From contig NZ_CP147990.1 of the NCBI RefSeq assembly GCF_037902255.1, positions 3,660,001-3,692,000 on the forward strand: a DNA stretch of 32,000 bases, read 5' to 3'. The notes beneath the pieces were generated by a model. That model had not been told where the DNA came from, ran no database searches, and worked only from the letters and a program-made list of their open reading frames with translations. This document shows positions 7,653 to 15,965 of the stretch, in pieces (position 1 is the stretch's first letter; every line of letters begins with the position of its first letter). This DNA is from Candidatus Electrothrix sp. GW3-4. GTDB lineage: Bacteria; Desulfobacterota; Desulfobulbia; Desulfobulbales; Desulfobulbaceae. A program made the translations under genes and the position numbers.

Positions 7653-9761
7653 CTAATCCCTTGCCTTGGCCAGGACATCACTGATCGAAAGGGCATAGGG
7701 ATGATGCTTGCGAAGGAAAAGGGGCATGGCATTTCGCGCGTTCCTGGCCTCATCCATGCTGCTATACATACCGTAGCAAACAAAGAGGGTCGGCGGAAAG
7801 GTATCCCTGCGAAGGATATAGAGTCTACCGCTATGCTCCTGATATTCCTCACGGACAATCATATCCTTTATCGTCTCAGCAGCAGCATCCGAGGAGAGGA
7901 CAAGGAGTTGAACCGTAAACTTATCTCCGTTTCCCTCCCTGGTCCATTGTTTTCCGGCCCCAAAATACCTGGCAAAGAGCTGGTCTGCCTTGGCAGAGCG
8001 AGACAGGGTCCTCACCGGCGTTATCTCAAGCTTTGGCACCTGAATGGCCTCTGCCTCCTTGGCAGCAGGGGCAGAGACAGACGTGGGCGTCACTCCCCGG
8101 GCAGAAGCAACAGAAACCAAAGTTTTTCGCTCAGGGGGGGCTATACTCGTTTTTTGTCTCTCTTGCTCAGATCCAGGTGCAAGGTCGTCAGGAGCAGACG
8201 GTTTTGTCTTCTTCATGCCCGGTGTCAGCTCGATAATCGAGGCAGGCTGAATGACGGGAAGCTTCTTTGCCGTCGTCAAGCTCTCGGCACTGGCTTCGCT
8301 GGAAGAGGGGGCTGGCACGGCCTGCTTACGCTCCTCTGAAAAGAGCACGGGCATGGTTTCCGCAGGGACCTCCTCTGCCTCGTCTTCAGCCTGGAGTTCA
8401 ACGTACTGTTCAACGTGTTCAACAACCGTATTCTGCTCGTCTGTGCCGGTGTTTTCGGCCGCCTCCCCTGAGGCCCGCACCCTCTCTTCTTCATCAGCCA
8501 AGACCGGTGTCGACATACGCACGGGAGCGTCTTGTTCGCCCGACGACACAACGCTCTCTGTCTTGCCTTGTTGTTCCGAAGTCAGCGGTGCCAGGCGAAG
8601 GTCTTCTTTTTTCTCCCCATCTTCCTTTTTCTTAAAATCCGGGCGTTGGGGAACAGGAAGGGGAAAAAGAGACTGTTCTTCGTTATCCTGAGGGGGAGCT
8701 GAAGGTCTTTCTCCAAGATTACCCGATGCAGCCTCTTCCTCAACAAAGGGTAAGGGGTCTTCCTCCTCAGGGACTGCGATTGAACTTTCAGTACCTTCTG
8801 GAGCAACATGAAGCGTCTCCTGCGATGCCTCTTCCTGCCCCGGAAAAAAAGACGTCCGCCCAAAAAAGAAAAAGAGCAGCAGGCACAGTAAAAGGAGGAG
8901 GAGCAGCACCCTCCGCCTCCCTCTCGACGACCCCTCATCATCTCCTGTCAAAGGGGCAACAGGGTCTTCTGGCAGAACAACATGGACAGGCAGAACCGTA
9001 TCTGCACCACCAGCAGCAGCGTTCTCTAAGGCCGCTTCAGCAATTCCATCCATGATGCCGGGCACGCCTTTGCCCAGACGAACAATCTCCTGCACGGCAG
9101 CCCCAGAAAAAACCGGGGCACGGGTTCCCCTCTCGTCACCTGCAGCCCTGAGGCGAGAGGCAAGATATGCAGCGGTCTCCTTGACAGAAAAAGGCCCCAG
9201 CGCATAGGTTGAGGCAATCCTTATATCCTCGCAGTACCCACTGAGCTGCTCAATCGAGGTATTCAGGGCAGGCTGACCTGCCAGCAAGGCCTGTACCCCA
9301 TATTCCTTATTGGCCCCGTGAAGCAAGCGAAACAGACGCTCCAGCGCGGCAAGAAACATCTTTTCCGCCTCATCAATCAGGAGAAGAAGGCGTCGTCCCT
9401 TTCCTTTCTGAGCCAGTAGCAAAGACTGAAAAACAGCTGTTATATCTTGCCCTTCCAACTCCGATGCAGGCATCCCTAATTGTACACAGACCTGCCTGAG
9501 CAGTTCATCAAAGGAACCCACCGGGTTTTCCAGATAAACGACCTTGCACGTACTCCCGTCCAAACGATGGCGAATCAGCCGACAGAGAACCGTCTTTCCT
9601 GCGCCTTTAGGGCCGGTAAGGAGCATGGCAGCATGCCCCTGCTGCAGATCATGGCGCAACTCTTTCAGAATATTTTTTCGCCCGGCCTGAGCAAAAAACA
9701 CATCAGGATTGGGTTGGCGAATGAAGGGAGGGTATTCGAGACCAAAGTATTGGAGATACAT
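7653..9761 (-). CDS. ExeA/GspA/MshM-like AAA ATPase fused to a TM helix, a ~300-aa acidic/Pro-rich linker and a C-terminal SPOR-like peptidoglycan-binding domain
   Basis: The N-terminus MYLQYFGLEYPPF...LLTGPKGAGKT (Walker A, nt ~9591-9614) and RRLLLLIDEAE (Walker B) are typical of the ExeA/GspA family. A poly-Leu TM segment, RRRVLLLLLLLCLLLFFFFG, spans aa 285-301 (nt 8859-8909). The E/P/S/A-rich linker covers aa ~302-610. The C-terminal ~85 aa (nt ~7671-7922), FTVQLLVLSS...RLYILRR...LFVCYGMYSSMDEARNA, fit the SPOR beta-alpha-beta-beta pattern. Confidence 0.8.
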   Translation of the reverse strand: MYLQYFGLEYPPFIRQPNPDVFFAQAGRKNILKELRHDLQQGHAAMLLTGPKGAGKTVLCRLIRHRLDGSTCKVVYLENPVGSFDELLRQVCVQLGMPASELEGQDITAVFQSLLLAQKGKGRRLLLLIDEAEKMFLAALERLFRLLHGANKEYGVQALLAGQPALNTSIEQLSGYCEDIRIASTYALGPFSVKETAAYLASRLRAAGDERGTRAPVFSGAAVQEIVRLGKGVPGIMDGIAEAALENAAAGGADTVLPVHVVLPEDPVAPLTGDDEGSSRGRRRVLLLLLLLCLLLFFFFGRTSFFPGQEEASQETLHVAPEGTESSIAVPEEEDPLPFVEEEAASGNLGERPSAPPQDNEEQSLFPLPVPQRPDFKKKEDGEKKEDLRLAPLTSEQQGKTESVVSSGEQDAPVRMSTPVLADEEERVRASGEAAENTGTDEQNTVVEHVEQYVELQAEDEAEEVPAETMPVLFSEERKQAVPAPSSSEASAESLTTAKKLPVIQPASIIELTPGMKKTKPSAPDDLAPGSEQERQKTSIAPPERKTLVSVASARGVTPTSVSAPAAKEAEAIQVPKLEITPVRTLSRSAKADQLFARYFGAGKQWTREGNGDKFTVQLLVLSSDAAAETIKDMIVREEYQEHSGRLYILRRDTFPPTLFVCYGMYSSMDEARNARNAMPLFLRKHHPYALSISDVLAKARD

Positions 9762-10202
9762 TACTCTACGTATAAGTAAAAAATTATATTAAAACAGTCG
9801 CCGTGATAATATGGAATGCCAATACTCAGAACTGTTCGATTGACACCTGGATACTTTCAGCGTAATCTGTGATTTGATGCATTGCACGATACACTACATC
9901 TAGGCTCCTGCACTTCAGGAGGTGCAACACGCTGCCTCATTATTCGCCAAGCGAGTCTTTCTGTAAACAGATTTTCACGGACTTCTGTTTTTTTAGAAGA
10001 TACAGGACAATGAAAAAGAGTATAAGGAGGACGGACAGTCAGACGTCCTGTTGTCTGGGCCGCAGGAGCTGTTTGCCCACGGGTACATTTCTACAACACA
10101 GCTCTATACTACAACAGCACAAGGAAAAGAACTACTTTTACAGTATCAGTCCCCCGGTTTCAAGTCCCTTTTCAACGAACCCTTCTTACCAGGAGATGCC
10201 CC

Positions 10203-11657
10203 ATGATCGATACCATAAGTCTGTGTCTGCTTATTCTGCTCCCCTTCTTCGCTGCCTCTTCCTCTACCTCTATCGCTGCCATGCCTGAAAAAAATGCCCA
10301 AGAGATTGTCTCCACCCTTGCTGACCAAACCTCTGTTGCCGTCACTATCTATAATCAGGACCTGGCCCTGATCAGGGATGCCCGGGAGATCAGCCTGAAA
10401 CCAGGTCCACAGACCCTGGCCTTTCGTGAGGTCAGTGCCAAGATTCGTCCCCAGACCGCCCTGTTGGCAGCTCAGGGCCTCCATATCTTGGAGCAAAATT
10501 TTGAATATGACCTGCTCAGCCCGCAATCTCTGCTGGAAAAATATATCGGCCAAAAGGTCATGCTGGTCAAGACCCATCCTACCACAGGAGAAGAAAGCGA
10601 GCAGGAGGCCACGGTCCTCAGTAGCGGCAGCGGCACGGTCCTCCGGGTCGGGGACCATATCGAATCCGGCATTCCAGGCCGCCTGATCTTTCCCGCTGTC
10701 CCGGCAAACCTCCGCGACCGCCCGACCCTGACCATGCTGGTGGACAACAAGGCCAGCAAGGCCCAGCCGGTGGTTCTCAGCTACCTGACGGGTGGACTCT
10801 CCTGGCAGGCTGACTATGTGGCGGAACTCGGGGAAGACGACACCACCCTTGATCTCAATGGCTGGGTCACCCTGAAGAACGAGAGTGGTGCCACCTACGC
10901 GAATGCTCAGCTCAAGCTGGTTGCCGGTGATGTGAACCGGGTTCGGGAAAACATGCACCCCTTGAGGATGTCGCGGGGGACCGTTCTTACAGAGTCTGCA
11001 ATGGACACTAGCATGGCGGAAGAATCCATGTTTGAATACCATCTCTACACCCTGGCCCGCCCCACCACCATCAAGGAAAAACAGTCCAAGCAGGTCGCCC
11101 TGCTCCAGGCCAACGGCGTGCAGGTACAGAAAGAGTTTGTCCTGGACGGGCAGAATTATTATTACAGCAACAAGGCCGGAGACCTGGGAAAAAAGATAAA
11201 GGTCGGGGTCTTTGTTGAGCTGAAAAACAGCAAGGAGGCGGGCATTGGCCAGCCCCTGCCCGCTGGTATTATGCGGGTCTATAAGAAGGACAGCTCTGGT
11301 AGCCTCCAATTTGTCGGTGAGGATCGGATCGACCATACCCCGGAAAACGAGACCGTTCGCCTGAAACTTGGTGAGGCCTTTGATGTGACCGCAGATAAGA
11401 AGCAAACAGACTTTAAAAAGCTCTCTGGCTTCAGCCGTTATAATTACGTCTATGAGAGCGCCTTTGAGATGGTCCTGAAAAACGCCAAGGAGGAAGCTGT
11501 CACGGTCCGGGTCCAGGAGCCAGTCCCCGGAGATTGGGAGATCATCGAGGAATCAGCTCCCCATGTCAAGGAAAGTTCCAGCGCGGCGGTCTGGCAGCTC
11601 AAGGTGGAACCGAAATCCAGCACCACCCTGACTTGGCGGGTCAAGGTAAAGTATTAG
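10203..11657 (+). CDS. Secreted DUF4139 (MuiA / TIGR02231-like) domain protein
   Basis: SD AGGAG (10190-10194) sits 8 nt upstream of the ATG. A signal peptide is present (LCLLILLPFFAASSSTSIAA). The N-terminal 'VTIYNQDLALIRDAREISLKPGPQTLAFREVSAKI..' and the C-terminal 'RVYKKDSSGSLQFVGEDRIDHTPENETVRLKLGEAFDV' blocks resemble DUF4140/DUF4139 family proteins as I remember them. Confidence 0.7.
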   Translation: MIDTISLCLLILLPFFAASSSTSIAAMPEKNAQEIVSTLADQTSVAVTIYNQDLALIRDAREISLKPGPQTLAFREVSAKIRPQTALLAAQGLHILEQNFEYDLLSPQSLLEKYIGQKVMLVKTHPTTGEESEQEATVLSSGSGTVLRVGDHIESGIPGRLIFPAVPANLRDRPTLTMLVDNKASKAQPVVLSYLTGGLSWQADYVAELGEDDTTLDLNGWVTLKNESGATYANAQLKLVAGDVNRVRENMHPLRMSRGTVLTESAMDTSMAEESMFEYHLYTLARPTTIKEKQSKQVALLQANGVQVQKEFVLDGQNYYYSNKAGDLGKKIKVGVFVELKNSKEAGIGQPLPAGIMRVYKKDSSGSLQFVGEDRIDHTPENETVRLKLGEAFDVTADKKQTDFKKLSGFSRYNYVYESAFEMVLKNAKEEAVTVRVQEPVPGDWEIIEESAPHVKESSSAAVWQLKVEPKSSTTLTWRVKVKY

Positions 11658-12338
11658 TTGTCCATGAATACGGTTATTGTCATTCCGGTCTTTAATGAGG
11701 CCCAGGCAGTGGGTCAGGTCATCGAGGATGTCCGGGCCCATGGTTTTCCCCATATCATCGTGGTGGACGACGGCAGTGCCGATGAGAGCTGGTGCATGGC
11801 CTCGGCCCATGACGCCCTGACCCTCCGCCTCAAGGTGAATCGTGGCAAGGGGGCAGCGGTCAAGACCGGCATCATGGCGGCCAATCTGCTCAATGCAGAT
11901 GTGGTGGTGACCATGGACGGAGATGGCCAGCACGATCCCGCAGATATCCTGCCCTTGATCACCCCGATCCTTGAGGGCAAGAGCGATGTGGTGCTCGGCT
12001 CCCGCCTCCTCCAGCGGGAGGAGATGCCCCGGATCAAGGTGGTCGCCAACAGCATCGGCAACTTCTTTACCTGGCTCTTCTATGGCCTGCTGGTCTCGGA
12101 CAGCCAGTCCGGCTTTCGCGCCTATTCCCGCTATGCGGCCCTGATCATCGATACCAAGGCGGATAAGTATGAATACGACAGCAAGGTGATCCGGGAGATC
12201 AAGAATAACCGCCTCCGCTTCACCGAGGTTCCGGTGCATACCCGGTATACCGATTACTCCAAGGGCAAGAAGACCAAGCAGGGCTTTCTCAACGGCCTGG
12301 TGACCCTGTACCGAATGGTTTGGAAGCTGGTTGCCTGA
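11658..12338 (+). CDS. Family 2 glycosyltransferase (polyprenol-phosphate sugar transferase-like)
   Basis: GT-A motifs are present: VIVIPVFNE, VVDDGSADES, GKGAAVKTG, and MDGDGQHDP (DxD). The start is either TTG 11658, immediately after the upstream TAG (11655-11657), or ATG 11664. Either way it abuts the DUF4139 gene. No TM segment is obvious. Confidence 0.85.
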   Translation: MSMNTVIVIPVFNEAQAVGQVIEDVRAHGFPHIIVVDDGSADESWCMASAHDALTLRLKVNRGKGAAVKTGIMAANLLNADVVVTMDGDGQHDPADILPLITPILEGKSDVVLGSRLLQREEMPRIKVVANSIGNFFTWLFYGLLVSDSQSGFRAYSRYAALIIDTKADKYEYDSKVIREIKNNRLRFTEVPVHTRYTDYSKGKKTKQGFLNGLVTLYRMVWKLVA

Positions 12339-12341
12339 AGA

Positions 12342-13490
12342 TTGCCTAAGATGAACAAACTCTTCACCCCAACCACCATCAATAGCCTCTCCCTCAAAAA
12401 CAGATTTATCAGAGCAGCCACCTGGGAAGGGCTCGCCACCCCGGAAGGCGCTGTCACCCCACAGCTTATCGACAGGATGGTCATGCTTGCCCAAGGTGGC
12501 GTTGGTCTGATCATAAGCAGCCACGCCTATGTTGCCAAGGAAGGCCAGGGAACACCCTGGCAACTGGGAGTCCACGAAGACGGCCTTGTGAACGGCCTCA
12601 AAGAGCTCACCACCGCTGTCCATAAAAACGGGGGCAAGATCATCCTGCAACTTGCCCATGCTGGCCAATACGCAGCAACGGAGCTCACCAAACTTCCCGC
12701 CTTATCCGTCTCCCCTCTTCCCTCCTCAACAGACGTCCCGTACAAGGAAATAACCCAGGAAGACATCGCGGCCCTTATCATTGCTTATGCCCAGGCCGCC
12801 CAACGAGCAAAGGCCGTAGGCTTTGACGGTGTTCAGCTCCACGCTGCCCACGGCTACCTCTTGAGCCAGTTTTTATCCCCTGCCTTTAATCAACGCACTG
12901 ATGCATACGGCGGTGACATCGCGAACCGGGCACGCATACATGGTGAAATTCTGCAGACAATCCGGGAGACAGTGGGCAAGGACTACCCCATCTTTATCAA
13001 ACTGAACTGTGCTGACTTTATCGAAAACGGCCTGGAAGCAGACGACTCCCTCCAAGCGGCGAAGATCTTCGCAGATGCTGGTGCAGATGCCATTGAAGTC
13101 AGTGGCGGCATCATCCGCACTGGCAAGCTCTCGCCCAGCAGACCCGGCATCAGCACCCAGGAGAAAGAGGCCTATTTCAGAGAATATGCGCAATGCTTCA
13201 AGGCAGAGCTCACAATTCCCCTCATCCTGGTCGGCGGCATCAAATCCCTTGAGGTTGCCTCGGGCATTGTCTCGGAAGGGACTGCCGATTATATCTCCCT
13301 GAGCAGGGCCCTGATCAGGGAACCAGCCCTGGTCCTTCGCTGGCAGAACGGAGATCTCCGACCTGCACAATGCCGATCAGACAACCTCTGTTTCACCCCT
13401 GGTTTTGAGGGTAAGGGCGTCTCCTGTGTTACCAAGGAGCTGGAGAAGAAAAAAATCTCTGCATCACAGCTCAAAAGCGAGTACAGTTAA
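12342..13490 (+). CDS. Old Yellow Enzyme family NADH:flavin oxidoreductase (TIM-barrel domain only)
   Basis: Matches include LFTPTTINSLSLKNRFIRAAT, GVQLHAAHGYLLSQFLSPAFNQRTDAYGG and the ADYISLSRALI tail. The true start is probably ATG 12351 (MNKLF...) rather than TTG 12342. The C-terminus holds only a degenerate Cys motif (C-x5-C-x11-C), not the 4-Cys FeS motif of FadH-type enzymes. Confidence 0.85.
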   Translation: MPKMNKLFTPTTINSLSLKNRFIRAATWEGLATPEGAVTPQLIDRMVMLAQGGVGLIISSHAYVAKEGQGTPWQLGVHEDGLVNGLKELTTAVHKNGGKIILQLAHAGQYAATELTKLPALSVSPLPSSTDVPYKEITQEDIAALIIAYAQAAQRAKAVGFDGVQLHAAHGYLLSQFLSPAFNQRTDAYGGDIANRARIHGEILQTIRETVGKDYPIFIKLNCADFIENGLEADDSLQAAKIFADAGADAIEVSGGIIRTGKLSPSRPGISTQEKEAYFREYAQCFKAELTIPLILVGGIKSLEVASGIVSEGTADYISLSRALIREPALVLRWQNGDLRPAQCRSDNLCFTPGFEGKGVSCVTKELEKKKISASQLKSEYS

Positions 13491-13814
13491 GGGGCTACGG
13501 TGTAACGTGAAAGGGGAAGCACTGCTTCACGACAAAGCCCCTTACCGCTGACTGAAGCCCTTGGGCTCCCGCAATATGAAAAATCCTTCTGGAGACCATC
13601 TCATGAACAATCGGATCAAACCAGAAGCAGAGCAGGATATATTGGAGCATAAACCGACCTGTGAAGAGTTGGCAAGACCGGTTCGCGAGCTCGAACAGGC
13701 GGAACAGGAGCTCAGCAAGAGGGAGCAACACTATTGCGTTTTTCATTAATGCTATATTCTTGTGAATATAAAACAAGACACCCAAAAAAGAGAATAAGAA
13801 GGTATAGCGTTCCG

Positions 13815-14213
13815 ATGCTCCCAATCCTGTTACGCCTGAAAAACTTCTTCAAACAGCACCTACTCATTATCCTTGGCTGGTTCTTTGTCCTCTTAGGGAT
13901 TATTGGTATCCTGCTTCCCGTACTCCCCACCACGCCATTTTTACTCCTCGCCTCTGCGCTCTTCTCCAAAAGCTCACCAAGGTTTCACCGAATGCTCCTG
14001 AATAACGCCTGGTTCGGCCCCATCATCCAGCAATGGGAAGCGAACAAGACCTTATCACGAAAAATTAAATACAGGGCTTCCTTCCTGATTATTTCAATCT
14101 TTTCAATATCCATCGTCTGCCTGGAAAAGAAGTTACATCTCCAGCTCTTATTAATCGGGATCGCTTTCGCCCTTCTTTTCTTTCTCTGGCGAATCAGGGA
14201 ACAGCCTGAGTAG
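13815..14213 (+). CDS. ybaN: Inner-membrane protein YbaN (DUF454)
   Basis: [59 protein letters not shown] closely parallels E. coli YbaN (..[44 protein letters not shown]..). I place the start at ATG 13815, not the track's 13734. Confidence 0.75.
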   Translation: [132 protein letters not shown]

Positions 14214-14225
14214 CTATTACTATCA

Positions 14226-14615
14226 ATGAAGAATACGCTCAAAATCAAGCGAGAATATTGGCCTGAAATAACCAATGAGCCTCACTTTATAGTTGAGTTA
14301 ATCTATGAAGGTTGCAACATCAGTTATGACGATATCTATTTCAGCGACCTCAATAATATTATCGATAAATTAGACACATTAGAAAAAAACAGGAAAGGGA
14401 GCGTTAAGCTTGATGGTGGACATCGTTTTGTAGCGATACTGGAAGCTACTGCAACGGGAGGAATCACGATACATTTTCAAGCAGAATCTTTTCCCCCAAT
14501 CTTCCCAGGTGAACTCAAACTAAAAGGCTATTTTATAGTTGAAGGAGAATATACTCCAATAATTTGTGGGGATCTTATTAAGTTATTCAAGGAGGGAAAA
14601 GAGTTTCACATATAA
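14226..14615 (+). CDS. Hypothetical soluble 129-aa protein with no family recognised; visibly A/T-rich gene
   Basis: Clean ORF starting 13 nt after the ybaN stop. There is no signal peptide or TM segment and no motif I recognise. The composition is clearly more A/T-rich than flanking genes. The coding call rests on ORF length and orientation only. Confidence 0.5.
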   Translation: MKNTLKIKREYWPEITNEPHFIVELIYEGCNISYDDIYFSDLNNIIDKLDTLEKNRKGSVKLDGGHRFVAILEATATGGITIHFQAESFPPIFPGELKLKGYFIVEGEYTPIICGDLIKLFKEGKEFHI

Positions 14616-14682
14616 CCTATCCCTCCTGCTAATAACGCAATCAACTTAAAAAAACAACAATTTTTCAAGAAAGAGAGAAAGC

Positions 14683-15558
14683 ATGCCAAGTGGTATCTTT
14701 GCAATACTAGACGACATAGCCATGCTGCTGGACGATGCCTCTGCCATGAGCAAGATAGCAGCCAAGAAGACAGCGGGCATCCTGGGCGATGACCTGGCCG
14801 TGAATGCGGAAAAGGCAACCGGCTTCCAGGCCTCGCGGGAACTCCCGGTCATCTGGGCCATCACCAAGGGCTCCCTGCTTAATAAAATCATTATCTTGCC
14901 AGCCGCCCTCCTCCTGAGTACCTATATGGATTGGCTCATCGTCCCTATTCTTCTCCTGGGCGGAGCCTACCTCTGCTTTGAAGGAGCAGAAAAAATGTAT
15001 GAGTGGCTGGCCCATCGTTTTGCCAAAAATGCGCATGGAGATGCTTCCCATCCCTCCTCGACAAAAAAACTCTCTGAAAAAGAAAAAATACGTTCTGCTG
15101 TCAGGACAGATTTCATTCTTTCCATAGAAATCATCGTTATCGCCCTGGAATCAGTAATGGACCAGCAACTGGTCATGCAGCTTTTGGTGGTGAGTTTCAT
15201 CGCCTTATTAGCCACGGTGGGTGTCTATGGTCTTGTTGCTTTGTTGGTTAAGCTTGACGACATGGGGTTTTATCTGGTTCAGTATGCACAGTCAATAACG
15301 GGATTGCTGTCCACACTCCTTACCAAGGTGGGCAAGCTTCTCATAGCCTCACTCCCGAAGCTCATCAGGTTGCTCGAATTTGTGGGCACCATCGCCATGC
15401 TGCTCGTGGGCGGAGGCATGTACGTACATAATATTGCAGTGGTGCATGCTGGACTCCATTTCATGCCAACCATGCTTGCCAGCCTTGTGGCAGGCTTGGT
15501 GGTTGGTTCTGTTGTCCTGTTCATTCTCCACTTTGCCCCAAAAATAAAGAAAAAATGA
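14683..15558 (+). CDS. yedI: Inner-membrane protein YedI (DUF808)
   Basis: The N-terminus IFAILDDIAMLLDDASAMSKIAAKKTAGILGDDLAVNAEKATGFQASRELPVIWAITKGSLLNKIIILP is near-colinear with E. coli YedI ([40 protein letters not shown]..). Multiple TM helices follow. Confidence 0.85.
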   Translation: MPSGIFAILDDIAMLLDDASAMSKIAAKKTAGILGDDLAVNAEKATGFQASRELPVIWAITKGSLLNKIIILPAALLLSTYMDWLIVPILLLGGAYLCFEGAEKMYEWLAHRFAKNAHGDASHPSSTKKLSEKEKIRSAVRTDFILSIEIIVIALESVMDQQLVMQLLVVSFIALLATVGVYGLVALLVKLDDMGFYLVQYAQSITGLLSTLLTKVGKLLIASLPKLIRLLEFVGTIAMLLVGGGMYVHNIAVVHAGLHFMPTMLASLVAGLVVGSVVLFILHFAPKIKKK

Positions 15559-15965
15559 AGATACACCTTTATCAGGTTGTTGTTGTCGGCATATCCTCAG
15601 TGATGCTCTACCTGGGCATCAAAGAGTTTATCAATCGGGAAACCGGCCAGACCCTCCTGAAACTCTTTGTCCGCCTGACGGTCTGGGGCGGAATGGGCCT
15701 GATTGCTATCTACCCTGACTTCACCCTGATCATCGCCCGGATCATGGGGGTGGTGGATAACTTTAATGCCGTTGTTCTTATGGGCTTTTTAATGGTTTTC
15801 CTGATGCTCTTCAAGTTGCTCTCAGCAATCGAGAAGATCGAACAAAACGTCTCAGAGATCACCCGAAAAGAGGCCCTGCATGCGGCCCATGAACGTATTG
15901 AGGCGTTGCGCAAAGAGATTAAGGCGCAGAAGGAAAACGAAAATACAGGACAACAGAAAACGTAA
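15555..15965 (+). CDS. Small membrane protein, DUF2304-like (3-4 TM helices plus a C-terminal coiled-coil tail)
   Basis: Its ATG (15555-15557) overlaps the yedI TGA (15556-15558) in an ATGA junction. The TM helices followed by LLSAIEKIEQNVSEITRKEAL fit my memory of the DUF2304 layout. The family assignment is tentative. Confidence 0.55.
   Translation: MKIHLYQVVVVGISSVMLYLGIKEFINRETGQTLLKLFVRLTVWGGMGLIAIYPDFTLIIARIMGVVDNFNAVVLMGFLMVFLMLFKLLSAIEKIEQNVSEITRKEALHAAHERIEALRKEIKAQKENENTGQQKT

Noticed and set aside
7635-9055. Plus-strand ORFs (7635-8339, 8251-8691, 8267-8635, 8726-9055) opposite the ExeA-SPOR gene
   Set aside because: They lie opposite the low-complexity linker region, where any frame stays open. 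The products are Ser/Arg/Pro-rich nonsense.
10156-10167. GGTTTCAAGTCC, reminiscent of a tRNA T-arm (GGTTCGAATCC)
   Set aside because: The flanking bases cannot form a T-stem, acceptor stem or anticodon arm. It has an extra T and lies just upstream of the DUF4139 SD. It is not a tRNA.
10010-10288. 92-aa plus-strand ORF in the 9762-10202 intergenic region
   Set aside because: It overlaps, out of frame, the strongly supported DUF4139 start (AGGAG SD + ATG 10203 + signal peptide). Its sequence is Ser/Cys/Leu-rich, has no SD, and does not look protein-like.
10146-12668. Long antisense ORFs (10146-11405, 419 aa; 11553-12668, 371 aa) opposite the DUF4139, GT2 and OYE genes
   Set aside because: Their products are Gly/Arg/Leu/Asp-rich with no motifs. 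The plus-strand genes carry clear family signatures (DxD, HAAHGY, signal peptide, SD). These are typical shadow ORFs of moderately GC-rich coding DNA.
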